Assembly: GCA_050246755.1 (NCBI GenBank)
Contig: JBFWVL010000003.1
Location: 258,623 to 322,622 of the forward strand
Source: Bacteriovoracia bacterium
Lineage (GTDB): Bacteria; Bdellovibrionota; UBA1018; CAIPTA01
Length of the DNA stretch: 64,000 nt
Reading direction: 5' to 3'
A program made the position numbers and the translations under genes. Positions 29,407-38,596 of this stretch are shown here, piece after piece. Under the pieces are notes generated by a model. The model saw nothing but the letters and a program-made list of their open reading frames with translations, ran no database searches and was not told the DNA's origin. Position 1 is the first letter of the stretch; each line of letters opens with the position of its first letter.

Positions 29407-31221
29407 CTAATGCACGTGCGCGGGAGCATCCCGACTGCGCAGGATCGTTTTCGCGCTCATCGCCGCCCCATCGCGAATCCAGCGCACTTCTACTTCCTCG
29501 TTAGCGCGGTAGAAGCGCAGGGCAAAAACCAGATCGTAGAGATTCTTGATCTTGATCTCGCCGAGGCCCACCAAAATATCTTTAGCGCGCAGGCCCGCGA
29601 GATCGGCGGGAGAGCCGGCGCGGGTGCCGGTGAGCAGAACGCCTTCGATCGTGCCCTGGTCGAAATCGGGAATGGAGCCGAAATATACGCCATAGCCGCG
29701 GCCTTCGCGGGGAGGCATTTCGGGATCCACGCCCTTAGGATCAAACGTGGGGGCCACGCCGCGATCGAGCTGGTTCCATACCGCGTGCACGAACTGCTCC
29801 ACGCGTTCCATGCCGAGGGCATTGATCTTATCCGCGGTATCGCTTGGGCGGTGGTAGTCCTCGTGGGTGCCGGTGGTGAAAAAGAGCGCGGGGATTTTAA
29901 TCTGTAAAAACGAAGCATGATCGGAGCTGCCGAAGCCGCTATCGCCCTTGGCGAGATCGAAGGAAAAATCTTTGTTCACGCCGTCGATGACCGCGGGAAA
30001 CTCGGCGGCGGATTTCAGCGCCAGCACGGTGAGGCGGTTATTGCTCAGGCGGCCCACCATATCGAGGTTGATCATCGCCACGGCGCGGGCGCCTTCCGGC
30101 AAGGGAAGGGTTTCGGTGAATTGCTTGGAGCCGAGGAGGCCCACTTCCTCCGCGGTGAAGAAAATCACCACCAGGCCGCGGCGATTCCCGCCCTGTCTCT
30201 TGATCTGCTCCGCGAGGTGCAGCGTGGCCTGCACGCCCGAGGCGTTATCGTCGGCGCCGGGGTGGATCTTGCCGGTGCCGTTGGGATCCATGGAAGAATC
30301 GCCGCCGTAGCCGAGGTGATCGTAGTGGGCGCCGAGCACGATATATTCATTGGCCACCGCGGGATCATTGCCGGGAATGAAGCCGACCACGTTTTGGGCA
30401 TTGCCGAGCTGGCGGCGGAGATCCACGCTGAGATTGGTGGAAGATTCTACCGGGAAAGAGTTGGGCTCTTGGGTGCGCGCGATGCCTTGCTGGAGCTCGA
30501 GCAAATCGCGGCCGAGGATTTTTGTGGCGAACGCGATCGAGGCTTGCCCGGCGAGGATTTCCGAGGTGGCTCCCCCGCCCTGGCGCGCCTGAAATTGAAG
30601 GCTGGGCTCCGCTCCACCAGAAAGCGAAAGCGGATCGCGTACGAGCACGATGCCGGCGGCGCCGTGGCGCTCGGCGTTCTGCACTTTATACATCACCGAG
30701 CTGTAGTGGTAGAACGCGGGATTGCGGAAGGGGGATTCCTTATTGCCGGTGCCGGGATCCCCGAGCAGGGCCACCACGATTTTCCCCGTCACGTCGAGGC
30801 CAGCGTAGTCGTCGTACACAAAAGAACTGGTTTCGCGGAGAGTGATCCCGAAGCCCGCGAATACCAGCTGCGCGCCGTGCACGGAGCCCGATTTCGAAAA
30901 GGCCAAGGGCATGAACTCGTTAGTGGAGGAGCCCGCGAAGTGGTTATCGGCGCCTAATTCATTCCCCACGAACACGCGAAATTCTTCGAGATAGGAGCGC
31001 TTCCCCTCTTTATCCACGATTCCACCCTCTATATTTAGGGCGGTTAAACGAGCCACTAATAGATCCCGTGCCTTTTCTAGGCCCTGGGTACCCACCCCTC
31101 GGCCTTCAAAAGCCGGCGAAGCCAGGAGCTTAAGCTCGTTCATATTCCAGCCCACCGAAAGGGCGGTATAGGAGGCGGTGGCGATAAATAGAGAGAGAAG
31201 GGATACGAGGAGAATTCTCAT
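29407..31221 (-). CDS. M28 family aminopeptidase with PA and PDZ domains
   Basis: GAHYDHLG, GADDNASG, AEEVGLLGS, SDH and YHRPSD motifs; PA domain VFAGFG...DDY; C-terminal GSPA PDZ. Confidence 0.93.
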   Translation of the reverse strand: MRILLVSLLSLFIATASYTALSVGWNMNELKLLASPAFEGRGVGTQGLEKARDLLVARLTALNIEGGIVDKEGKRSYLEEFRVFVGNELGADNHFAGSSTNEFMPLAFSKSGSVHGAQLVFAGFGITLRETSSFVYDDYAGLDVTGKIVVALLGDPGTGNKESPFRNPAFYHYSSVMYKVQNAERHGAAGIVLVRDPLSLSGGAEPSLQFQARQGGGATSEILAGQASIAFATKILGRDLLELQQGIARTQEPNSFPVESSTNLSVDLRRQLGNAQNVVGFIPGNDPAVANEYIVLGAHYDHLGYGGDSSMDPNGTGKIHPGADDNASGVQATLHLAEQIKRQGGNRRGLVVIFFTAEEVGLLGSKQFTETLPLPEGARAVAMINLDMVGRLSNNRLTVLALKSAAEFPAVIDGVNKDFSFDLAKGDSGFGSSDHASFLQIKIPALFFTTGTHEDYHRPSDTADKINALGMERVEQFVHAVWNQLDRGVAPTFDPKGVDPEMPPREGRGYGVYFGSIPDFDQGTIEGVLLTGTRAGSPADLAGLRAKDILVGLGEIKIKNLYDLVFALRFYRANEEVEVRWIRDGAAMSAKTILRSRDAPAHVH

Positions 31222-31406
31222 GTCAGGTTTCTAGCCCCCACTGTCTAAGGTGTAAAGCGAGTGATCAAAAGTTTTCGAGCTGTCGAAAATCTAGTCAGTG
31301 TTTTCGAGTGATAAGCAACTATACAGGATGCCTCGAAAACGAGCCTCCACCCCTATCTCCTTAATTTACCTAGGGTTTCCCCTATAGTTGACCAAACTTC
31401 ACGCAG

Positions 31407-31421
31407 TGGCATGAGGCTTGC
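31407..31421 (+). promoter_or_regulatory. Sigma54 (-24/-12) promoter
   Basis: TGGCAT-GAGGC-TTGC with canonical spacing. Confidence 0.65.
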
Positions 31422-31505
31422 GTTACCTCAGGTAGTAAGTCCCAAAAGCGCAAAGGCAGACCGTACGTGAAGCGCATGGAAACGATGGAACGAGGAGAGA
31501 GAGAA

Positions 31506-32171
31506 ATGAAAACTTATAGCCTGCCAGTTGCCCTACTGATGGTATTCGCAACCGGCCTCACAGTTAGTGCCTGCGGTAAAACCACCCGCAATACCGCTAG
31601 CGAGCCAGCTACTGGATCCGCTGCGATTGTGGCCCCGCCCCCCACTTTTACTTATACGAACACCAGCACCAGCACCTCTACCAGCACGACTGGTACGGCG
31701 CCGCTGAGCTTCGAGTTCACGAAGCAAGGCAACCAAACGGTAGTGACGAATTCGTTCAATACCGACAACGTGCTGAAAGTGAAATTTCGCGTAACCGCCG
31801 ACCAAGGCAACCAGGTTCACCAAGCTACCGAGCTGAAAGTGACCATCGCCTTCAACGGCACCGAAGTAACCCCGACCTATACCTCGAACAACTACACGTT
31901 CGGTATGGTAGGCGAAACTTCGAACGTGATCGATCTTTCCAGCTACCTGACTCCCGGCGTGCCGGTTCAGATCACGGTGAAGAACCCGAAGAACGACTTC
32001 TACTGCACCTACGCACCGAATCCGTTCTACTACTTCGACTACAATACCGGCACTTACATAGCCACCAACCCGCAGTACAATGTGTACCCCGGTTGCCGCA
32101 AAGAAGTGTTCACCACCCACAACTGGGGCGGCGTGCTCACGATCCAGACCAGCTCGACCCAGTCGATCTAG
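31506..32171 (+). CDS. Thr-rich hypothetical lipoprotein
   Basis: Lipobox VSAC; purine-rich RBS; codon usage like that of highly expressed genes. Confidence 0.8.
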   Translation: MKTYSLPVALLMVFATGLTVSACGKTTRNTASEPATGSAAIVAPPPTFTYTNTSTSTSTSTTGTAPLSFEFTKQGNQTVVTNSFNTDNVLKVKFRVTADQGNQVHQATELKVTIAFNGTEVTPTYTSNNYTFGMVGETSNVIDLSSYLTPGVPVQITVKNPKNDFYCTYAPNPFYYFDYNTGTYIATNPQYNVYPGCRKEVFTTHNWGGVLTIQTSSTQSI

Positions 32172-33223
32172 TCCGGGCATCCTTCAGACTTACTAATTTG
32201 TTCCAGACTTTCCTCAGGGGCGCTTTTAAAGCGCCCCTTCTCTTTTTCCTGCGCCCGCTCAATCCAGGAAACGAATCGTTTGAGGCTCCCCCCGCATTTT
32301 TTCAGCATGGTTTCCAGCACCGAATAATCCGAATAGTAATTCGCGTAGGCCATGAGCGCGGCGTTGTTCCAGGTTTCGAGCTTCACCGGCATCAGCTTGA
32401 ACTTTTCCTTCTTCGCCCGGGCATCGGCGTAGGTGCGGTAGCGATCGGCGAAAGAAGCATAGAATTTCTGCTTCTGCGCGAGGGTGCGCACGGTGGCGGC
32501 ATACTCGGCGATCGCGCCGTGAAGAAATTCCGCGAACACTTTCTCTCCCGCCACTTCCCTGCGCCCATCGGCCAGGGCCTCTTCCCCGCCCTCTTTCTGC
32601 ATGAATCGTAGGCTCCCCTCGAGCCCCACGAAGTTGGCGAGCTTCTCGTTGAAGTCTACGTTGTTTCCCACCCACACCGTGGCGTGCAGGCTTTCGTGGA
32701 TTACCGTATCGGCGATATCGCGGTCATTGCCCTTGAGCATCGAGCTATAAAGGGGATCGGAAAACCAGCCAAGGGAAGAGAAGGCGGGCACGCAGCGCAC
32801 CCAGGTATCGGGCTTATTCGGCTCTGCGCCGAGGCGCTTCGCTTCCGCCTCCGCGGATTCTTTCTTGAAGAAGCCCAGATAAGGCACTTCGCCCACGATC
32901 GGAAATTTCCATTTTCTCTCTTTGAGCTCGATGGGATCCGCGGCCGATACCGCCCACACCACGCAGGGCGCATCGAGCTGCACGAAAGTCTGATAATTTT
33001 TCGTGGCATGGAGGCCGAGGTCCTTCACCGCGAAATCCTTGGCGCGCTTCACCACCTGAATCGCGCGGCGCGCGGCTTCCGAAGTTTGCGGGCTCGCGAG
33101 CACGTCTTCCACCGGACGAGCGCGATTAAACATTTTCCATTGGCCAATGCCGTTCTCGGCGAGGTAACTCACGCCGGAGCAGCCGGGCAAAAGCAGGAAG
33201 GCAAAAAAGAGGATTCGTCTCAT
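32168..33223 (-). CDS. Putative zinc aminopeptidase lipoprotein
   Basis: WKFPIVGEVPYLGFF, AFSSLGWFSDP and IHESLH...FNE motifs. Confidence 0.85.
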   Translation of the reverse strand: MRRILFFAFLLLPGCSGVSYLAENGIGQWKMFNRARPVEDVLASPQTSEAARRAIQVVKRAKDFAVKDLGLHATKNYQTFVQLDAPCVVWAVSAADPIELKERKWKFPIVGEVPYLGFFKKESAEAEAKRLGAEPNKPDTWVRCVPAFSSLGWFSDPLYSSMLKGNDRDIADTVIHESLHATVWVGNNVDFNEKLANFVGLEGSLRFMQKEGGEEALADGRREVAGEKVFAEFLHGAIAEYAATVRTLAQKQKFYASFADRYRTYADARAKKEKFKLMPVKLETWNNAALMAYANYYSDYSVLETMLKKCGGSLKRFVSWIERAQEKEKGRFKSAPEESLEQISKSEGCPD

Positions 33224-33239
33224 GGAGACAAGAGAATAG

Positions 33240-33830
33240 CTAAAACAGCCAAGATAAACCAGCGGACGTCATCTGGTTCTCTTTCCATTTCTTGAAATTG
33301 AAATTGGGCACGTAGGTGCGGGCCTCGAGCTTGATCGCCATATTCCGCGTGAGAAAAATACGGAGCCCGCCCCCGCCGGTTCCGCTCGTCACGTTCTGGG
33401 TAACCGTATTCGAGTAGCCGATCTCGGGATATTCTTCTTTCGCCCGGCGCTGCATCTTACCGCCCCCGAGCACGAAGTAGGGCTGGATGATCCACTTCGA
33501 CGGCACAAGATTCTGCACCCAGTTGAAGGAATACACTTTGTCTTTATAGGTATAGGCCACAGGTGTGTTGTATTTGAGCGCCCCGCCCACGTTCGTTTCG
33601 TAAGAAACTTTGCTTACGCTGTCCGCGTACTCGAACTCGAGTGCGGAAATAGCGGTGAATTTAAACGAAACCGAGGCCGTATAGCGGCGTTGCATGCTGT
33701 CGTAGCCGTCGTTGAAATGGGATTTACTGTAAGCCACTAAACCAGATAGCTCTATCTGCGCCGCATGGGCGAACGAGGGTATAGTTAGCGAGAGAAGTAA
33801 AATGAGAAAACGGGCTGTTCTTCCGTCCAT
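33240..33830 (-). CDS. Outer-membrane beta-barrel protein
   Basis: Signal peptide, amphipathic strands, QPYFVLGGG and a C-terminal Phe. Confidence 0.75.
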   Translation of the reverse strand: MDGRTARFLILLLSLTIPSFAHAAQIELSGLVAYSKSHFNDGYDSMQRRYTASVSFKFTAISALEFEYADSVSKVSYETNVGGALKYNTPVAYTYKDKVYSFNWVQNLVPSKWIIQPYFVLGGGKMQRRAKEEYPEIGYSNTVTQNVTSGTGGGGLRIFLTRNMAIKLEARTYVPNFNFKKWKENQMTSAGLSWLF

Positions 33831-33880
33831 GGAAAAAGCCTCCTACCTACTACTAGGATAAGGCAGGCTGACGCACAGGA

Positions 33881-35086
33881 CTAGAAGTTTTGCGAATAGT
33901 CGTAGACGGTATCGGGTACCACGTCCGTATTGACGGAGGCGGGGCCTCGGGTATCGGCGGCCTTGGGCTTAAATTCCAGCTGGGGAGAAACCGCCGCTTC
34001 CTGGCCCCGAAGCGAACGCAAACGATTTAGTACGCTGGAAATTTCCGGATCCACCGTTTCACCGGCCTTCGCGCTCCCCGGCTTCGCCCCCTTTACGGAT
34101 GCCAAGGAACGGTTCGCTTTCTTCGCGGGTAGATGAATCACTTCGTTTTGTTTTTCTTTCAAGGTTAGCACTTCGGGCGCCATGGTGAAGCCAAGGTCGA
34201 TTTTCGTGCTGGGCAGCGAGATCAACGCCGCCTCTTCTGGCTTAAGGCTCACGCTCTTTTCTTTTACGGAATTGGCTTCGGCCACCGTCTTGTCGGGATC
34301 CGCGTATTTACGCTCGTAGTAATCGGGCTCTTGCACTTCGTCGTCGGTGTCGATGGCGGAAAAATAATTTTCCAGCTTCACTTCTTCCAGGTGCTTAGCC
34401 ACGTTCGGCCTCACCGCTAAGCTGCCATCCGGCACCTCGCTCAGCCACGCTTGGCGCGTGGCCTCGGGCCAGGCATAGCCTTTTAGCCAGCCCTCAAGCG
34501 AGCCGACGTCGAGCTGGCGGATTAGCTGCGGAATCACCTCGCCCACCACCATCGTGGCACCGCGGAAACGGTCGAGACGCAGAGATTGGCTATCATCGTG
34601 GGAGTTGAGCATGCGGCCTTGGCCCTGCAGCACGAACGCGCTAGTACTCCGCTCCTTGTGATCGTAAGAAAGAATCACGAGGCCGGCAAAATTCAACGTC
34701 GCGCTCGTGGTGCGCACCGTGCCCTCGCTCTTGCTCTGCAACGAAGCCGAGCCCCGGAGCAGATGAAAGCCGTCGTCACGGAATTCGGCCACCGAATGGG
34801 GGGCGAGCATGATCTGGATATTATTATTATCCACGAAGGTCATCGTGGCGGCACTGGTTTGGATCAACTCATTGGTGCGCAGTGGTTTGGCATTTTTTGC
34901 GTCAACCGCGGCCACGGGACCGGCCTTCTTCTCGGAAACTTCAGCGCGGGGCGCGGGTTCAGCGTGGGCGGGTTCAGCGTGGGCGGGCTCGGCGTGGGCG
35001 GGCTCGGCGTGGGCGGGCTCGGCGTGGTCATTCGCCAGGGCCGTGGCCGGCAACAAAAAAATCATCGCTAGTATCGAGTTCCGCAT
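33881..35086 (-). CDS. Exported hypothetical protein with HAEPA repeats and a FecR-like region
   Basis: Signal peptide; IQT...MLAPHS...LLRGS...VRT...VLQG resembles FecR. Confidence 0.65.
   Translation of the reverse strand: MRNSILAMIFLLPATALANDHAEPAHAEPAHAEPAHAEPAHAEPAPRAEVSEKKAGPVAAVDAKNAKPLRTNELIQTSAATMTFVDNNNIQIMLAPHSVAEFRDDGFHLLRGSASLQSKSEGTVRTTSATLNFAGLVILSYDHKERSTSAFVLQGQGRMLNSHDDSQSLRLDRFRGATMVVGEVIPQLIRQLDVGSLEGWLKGYAWPEATRQAWLSEVPDGSLAVRPNVAKHLEEVKLENYFSAIDTDDEVQEPDYYERKYADPDKTVAEANSVKEKSVSLKPEEAALISLPSTKIDLGFTMAPEVLTLKEKQNEVIHLPAKKANRSLASVKGAKPGSAKAGETVDPEISSVLNRLRSLRGQEAAVSPQLEFKPKAADTRGPASVNTDVVPDTVYDYSQNF
34952..35026. repeat. In-frame 15-bp tandem repeat x5 (HAEPA)
   Basis: Unit (G/C)GCGGG(T/C)TC(A/G)GCGTG repeated five times. 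Confidence 0.92.
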
Positions 35087-35093
35087 CTTCACG

Positions 35094-35729
35094 CTAACCT
35101 CCGTGAGCATTCACTGCCTTGGCGCTGCCCTGGCCGATCTTGCGATCGATCACGCGCAGCCAAAGATCCACCTTCTTGTGGATCTTCTGGGCCGTTTCGC
35201 CCGAGGCATGCAGCTTCGCGCTTTCGAAGCTCTCACGCGCCTTGCGATAGTTCCCTAATTCAAACCAAGCCACCCCGCTCGCGTAGATCGCATCGCCGTT
35301 TTGTCCGGCGGCTTCGGGCTTCGATAAATAATCTTCAAAAGTGACGGCGGCTTCGGCGAAACGCTTTTCGCGCATGTGCTCGTAGGCCAGAGAAAGGAGA
35401 TCGTCCATCTTCAAGCCCTTCGGCGGAACATAGGCGATCGAGGCCGGATTGCGGCCAAGTGCGGAACCGGTGGCAGCGAGGTTGAGTCCCGCCAGCTCTT
35501 TCGACTGCACTTGCGCCGTAAGGCTGGAATGCTCATGCTCGAGCTGAAAATATTCTTTTTCGAGGCGCTCGTGCTCCACCACCAGCGCTTCGTATTTCGC
35601 TTCCACCGAGGCAAGATGCTGGGCTTTCGCGTTGATCGAAGCCCACCATTGCATAGGATTGGCGGTGCAGCCTGTGCAAAGGCTGAACGCGAAAAATAGT
35701 GCCGAGAAAGAGGAAAACGTCATGCGCAT
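35094..35729 (-). CDS. Coiled-coil plus TPR lipoprotein
   Basis: Lipobox-like TGC, a coiled coil, and TPR-like AIYASGVAWFELGNYRKA. Confidence 0.7.
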   Translation of the reverse strand: MRMTFSSFSALFFAFSLCTGCTANPMQWWASINAKAQHLASVEAKYEALVVEHERLEKEYFQLEHEHSSLTAQVQSKELAGLNLAATGSALGRNPASIAYVPPKGLKMDDLLSLAYEHMREKRFAEAAVTFEDYLSKPEAAGQNGDAIYASGVAWFELGNYRKARESFESAKLHASGETAQKIHKKVDLWLRVIDRKIGQGSAKAVNAHGG

Positions 35730-35752
35730 AGGTTCAAATACCCCTCACTGAC

Positions 35753-35779
35753 GTATCGGCTGGGAAAACCACTACTTGA
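35753..35779 (-). promoter_or_regulatory. Sigma28-like promoter
   Basis: TCAA-N15-GCCGATAC on the minus strand. Confidence 0.6.
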
Positions 35780-35829
35780 GGCCGATCGTTCCTGGAAAAT
35801 GCAAAGTGCCCCTGCTATGATCAAGCGCA

Positions 35830-37545
35830 ATGATCCAGTATAAAAAATCCGCTGCGAAGCTGCTCAGTTCGCTCATAACGGAGCTCTCGGCCGAGCAGCT
35901 CGAAAACCTGTTAGAGCGTCCGCCTAAAGCCGACCAGGGCGATCTCGCATTCCCCTGCTTCCAGGTAGCGAAAATCCGGAAAAAAGCTCCGCCCATGATC
36001 GCCAGCGAGGTGGCCCAGGCCCTGGCAGCCAATTTGCCGGAGGAATTCTCGGGCGCCACCAGCCTAGGCCCCTACGTGAATTTCCGCCTAAGCCCCCAAG
36101 CGTCTTTCGCCATCGTGAACGACGTGTTCACGCGCAAAGAAAATTTCGGCCATACCGAGAGCGGAAAAGGAAAAAAAATCCTGATCGAATATTCCAGCCC
36201 CAACGTGGCCAAAGAGCTGCACATCGGACACTTCCGCAACACGGTGCTCGGCCAATCTTTAAATAATATTTATATGGCTACCGGCCACCAAACCGTGGCC
36301 CTCAATCACCTCGGGGACTGGGGCTCCCAGTTCGGCAAAGTGGCGTATGGTTATTTAAAGTACGGCAACGAGCAGGAAATGCTCAAAAACCCGCTCGAGT
36401 ACCTCACTAAGCTCTACGTGCGCGTAAGCCAGGAAGCGGAGAGCGATCCCGCGATCGATAAGGAAGCGCGGCTGCTCTTCAAAAAAATTGAAGACGGCGA
36501 TCCCGAGCTCACCGCGATCTGGAAGAAGTTCCGCGAGCTGAGCATCGTGGGGTTAAAGAAAGTATACGCCCGGCTCGGCGTGCATTTCGACGAGTACATC
36601 GGCGAGAGCTTCTATATCGATAAAATTCCCGCCCTCCTCCAGGAGCTGAAAAAGAAGAATCTCCTTGAGGTAAGCGAAGGCGCGCAAGTAGTGAAACTCG
36701 GCGAAGACGTGCCCCCCTGCCTCGTGGTCACGGGCGACGGCACATCGCTCTACGCTACTCGCGACCTCGCCGCCGCCATCTGGCGCAAAGATCATTTCAA
36801 GTTCGACCAGTCGCTCTACGTGATCGGTAGCGAGCAGCAGCTGCATACAAAGCAATTCTTCCAGGTGCTCGGCCTGATGGGATATCCCTGGGCCGCCTCG
36901 CTCCAGCATATCCACTACGGCCTCTACCGCTTCAAGGACGGAAAGTTCAGCACGCGCAAAGGCAAAGTGGTGCTCGCCGAAGAAGTGCTCGACGAAGCCC
37001 GCGACAAAGCACTCGCCCTGATCAACACAAAGAATCCTACGCTCGCCAATAAAGGCGAAGTGGCCGAGATCGTGGGCGTGGGCGCCGTGGTTTTCAACGA
37101 TCTCTCCACCGACCGGGTGAAAGACGTGGAGTTCGATTGGGACCGTATCCTCGATTTCGAGGGCGATACCGGCCCCTACCTCCAGTACTGCTACGCTCGC
37201 GCCTGCTCGATCCTGCGCCAAGGCGCCGCCAAAGGAATGCAGCCGGGCAAGCCCGAGAATTCGGCCGAGCTGGCCAAATCCGAAGCAGCACAGCAGCTCA
37301 TGAAGCAGTTCGCCCGCCTGGAAGATAGCCTGGAGGGAGCACTGCGCTTGCAGAAGCCATCGATCGTGGCGAACTATGCGATCGATCTCGCGAAATCGTT
37401 CAACGCCTTTTACCGCGACGTGCGCGTGGTCGACGAAGCCCAGCCGGCCGAATCAGCGAGCCGCCTCGGGCTCGTGCTCGCATTCCGCCAGGTTTTGGGT
37501 AACACTTTGCGCCTGCTTTGCATGCGAGTACCGGAAGAGATGTAG
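35830..37545 (+). CDS. argS: Arginine--tRNA ligase
   Basis: EYSSPN, HIGH, GDWGSQFG, YATRDLA, KFSTRKG, GDTGPYLQY and C-terminal PEEM. Confidence 0.98.
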   Translation: MIQYKKSAAKLLSSLITELSAEQLENLLERPPKADQGDLAFPCFQVAKIRKKAPPMIASEVAQALAANLPEEFSGATSLGPYVNFRLSPQASFAIVNDVFTRKENFGHTESGKGKKILIEYSSPNVAKELHIGHFRNTVLGQSLNNIYMATGHQTVALNHLGDWGSQFGKVAYGYLKYGNEQEMLKNPLEYLTKLYVRVSQEAESDPAIDKEARLLFKKIEDGDPELTAIWKKFRELSIVGLKKVYARLGVHFDEYIGESFYIDKIPALLQELKKKNLLEVSEGAQVVKLGEDVPPCLVVTGDGTSLYATRDLAAAIWRKDHFKFDQSLYVIGSEQQLHTKQFFQVLGLMGYPWAASLQHIHYGLYRFKDGKFSTRKGKVVLAEEVLDEARDKALALINTKNPTLANKGEVAEIVGVGAVVFNDLSTDRVKDVEFDWDRILDFEGDTGPYLQYCYARACSILRQGAAKGMQPGKPENSAELAKSEAAQQLMKQFARLEDSLEGALRLQKPSIVANYAIDLAKSFNAFYRDVRVVDEAQPAESASRLGLVLAFRQVLGNTLRLLCMRVPEEM

Positions 37546-37558
37546 AAAACGGGGGCCG

Positions 37559-38440
37559 ATGAAAACCGCGAAAGAGCACCTCAACACAAATATCCCCCTC
37601 CCCCGGGTAAATCCCCAGGTGAGCTACCAGATCCGCCAGGCTTTTCTGCTCTCCCTCGTTCCGCTTTTTTGCGGAATGCTCCTCATGCTGCTGCTCTTCG
37701 TGTTCGCCAAACTAAATCTTTATTACCTAGAAGCGAACGGCTTGATCTTGGACAGCCAGGTACGCGACGCCTATTACCTGCAAGTACAAGTAGAAATTCT
37801 CGGAGTGATCGGCTTCTTGGTGGCGCAAACGCTGATGACCGCGGCCGTAACTTTCGTGGTGATGCGCTGGGCAACCGCCCCCTTCACCAATGCCTACCGC
37901 ATGCTGGAGCTCGCGGTGAATAGCCCGGACGCCATGAAGCCGATGTCCCGCTGGCTCTCGGAGAGCCCGAAATTCGACAGCGTGATTTTCGATTTCTGCC
38001 GTAAAATTCGCGGCGAGCAGACCGCGCCCGCGCAGGAAACAGATACCTACTTCCAAATCAACCTGCGCTTCCTCGTAAAATTCCTGGCCGCTACCGCCGC
38101 GCTCAGCGTGCTCACCGGCTACGTGACCACGATTATCTTCGGAACCATTTATCGCCACATCGTGGACTTAGCGCTGCAGCTTGTGCAGAGCTCACGCTCG
38201 ATGCCCCATTATTTTCTCGCGCAGGAAGAAATTCTCTCCGACGGCGCCTTCCTGCTTTCGCTGATCTCATTCGCGGTTTTTGCCTGCCTCGGCATCCAAA
38301 TCGCCCGCTATATGGCGAACATGGTTTTCGTATTCAGCCGCGCCATCCAAGAAGATAAATTTCCGATAACGCTCCGCAGTAACGACGTATACAAAGATCT
38401 CGCCGCCGCCCTGAACGAAGCGCGCGTAAAAATCTCTTAA
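37559..38440 (+). CDS. Hypothetical membrane protein
   Basis: Four hydrophobic segments and a HAMP-like tail (LRSND). Start placed at MKTAK after the argS stop. Confidence 0.7.
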   Translation: MKTAKEHLNTNIPLPRVNPQVSYQIRQAFLLSLVPLFCGMLLMLLLFVFAKLNLYYLEANGLILDSQVRDAYYLQVQVEILGVIGFLVAQTLMTAAVTFVVMRWATAPFTNAYRMLELAVNSPDAMKPMSRWLSESPKFDSVIFDFCRKIRGEQTAPAQETDTYFQINLRFLVKFLAATAALSVLTGYVTTIIFGTIYRHIVDLALQLVQSSRSMPHYFLAQEEILSDGAFLLSLISFAVFACLGIQIARYMANMVFVFSRAIQEDKFPITLRSNDVYKDLAAALNEARVKIS

Positions 38441-38596
38441 TTTTCGGCACTTATCTCTCCTAAAAAAGCCTTTTTTGGCTCTACCCTTTAGCGCCCGGTT
38501 TCTGTAAACTCCCGCCCCCAGGCAAGGCCAGATTCGCTGAGGGGCGATTCTGGTAAAATTTAAAGCCTGAAATTTTAAATTCTTTTGAGGTCGGCA

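Noticed and set aside
34952-35026. Tandem repeat as a CRISPR array
   Set aside because: 15-bp units with no spacers, in frame within a CDS, and no cas genes in the window.
38441-38596. Cobalamin riboswitch or NrdR box upstream of nrdJ
   Set aside because: The region is short and I could not find a B12 box or NrdR consensus by eye.
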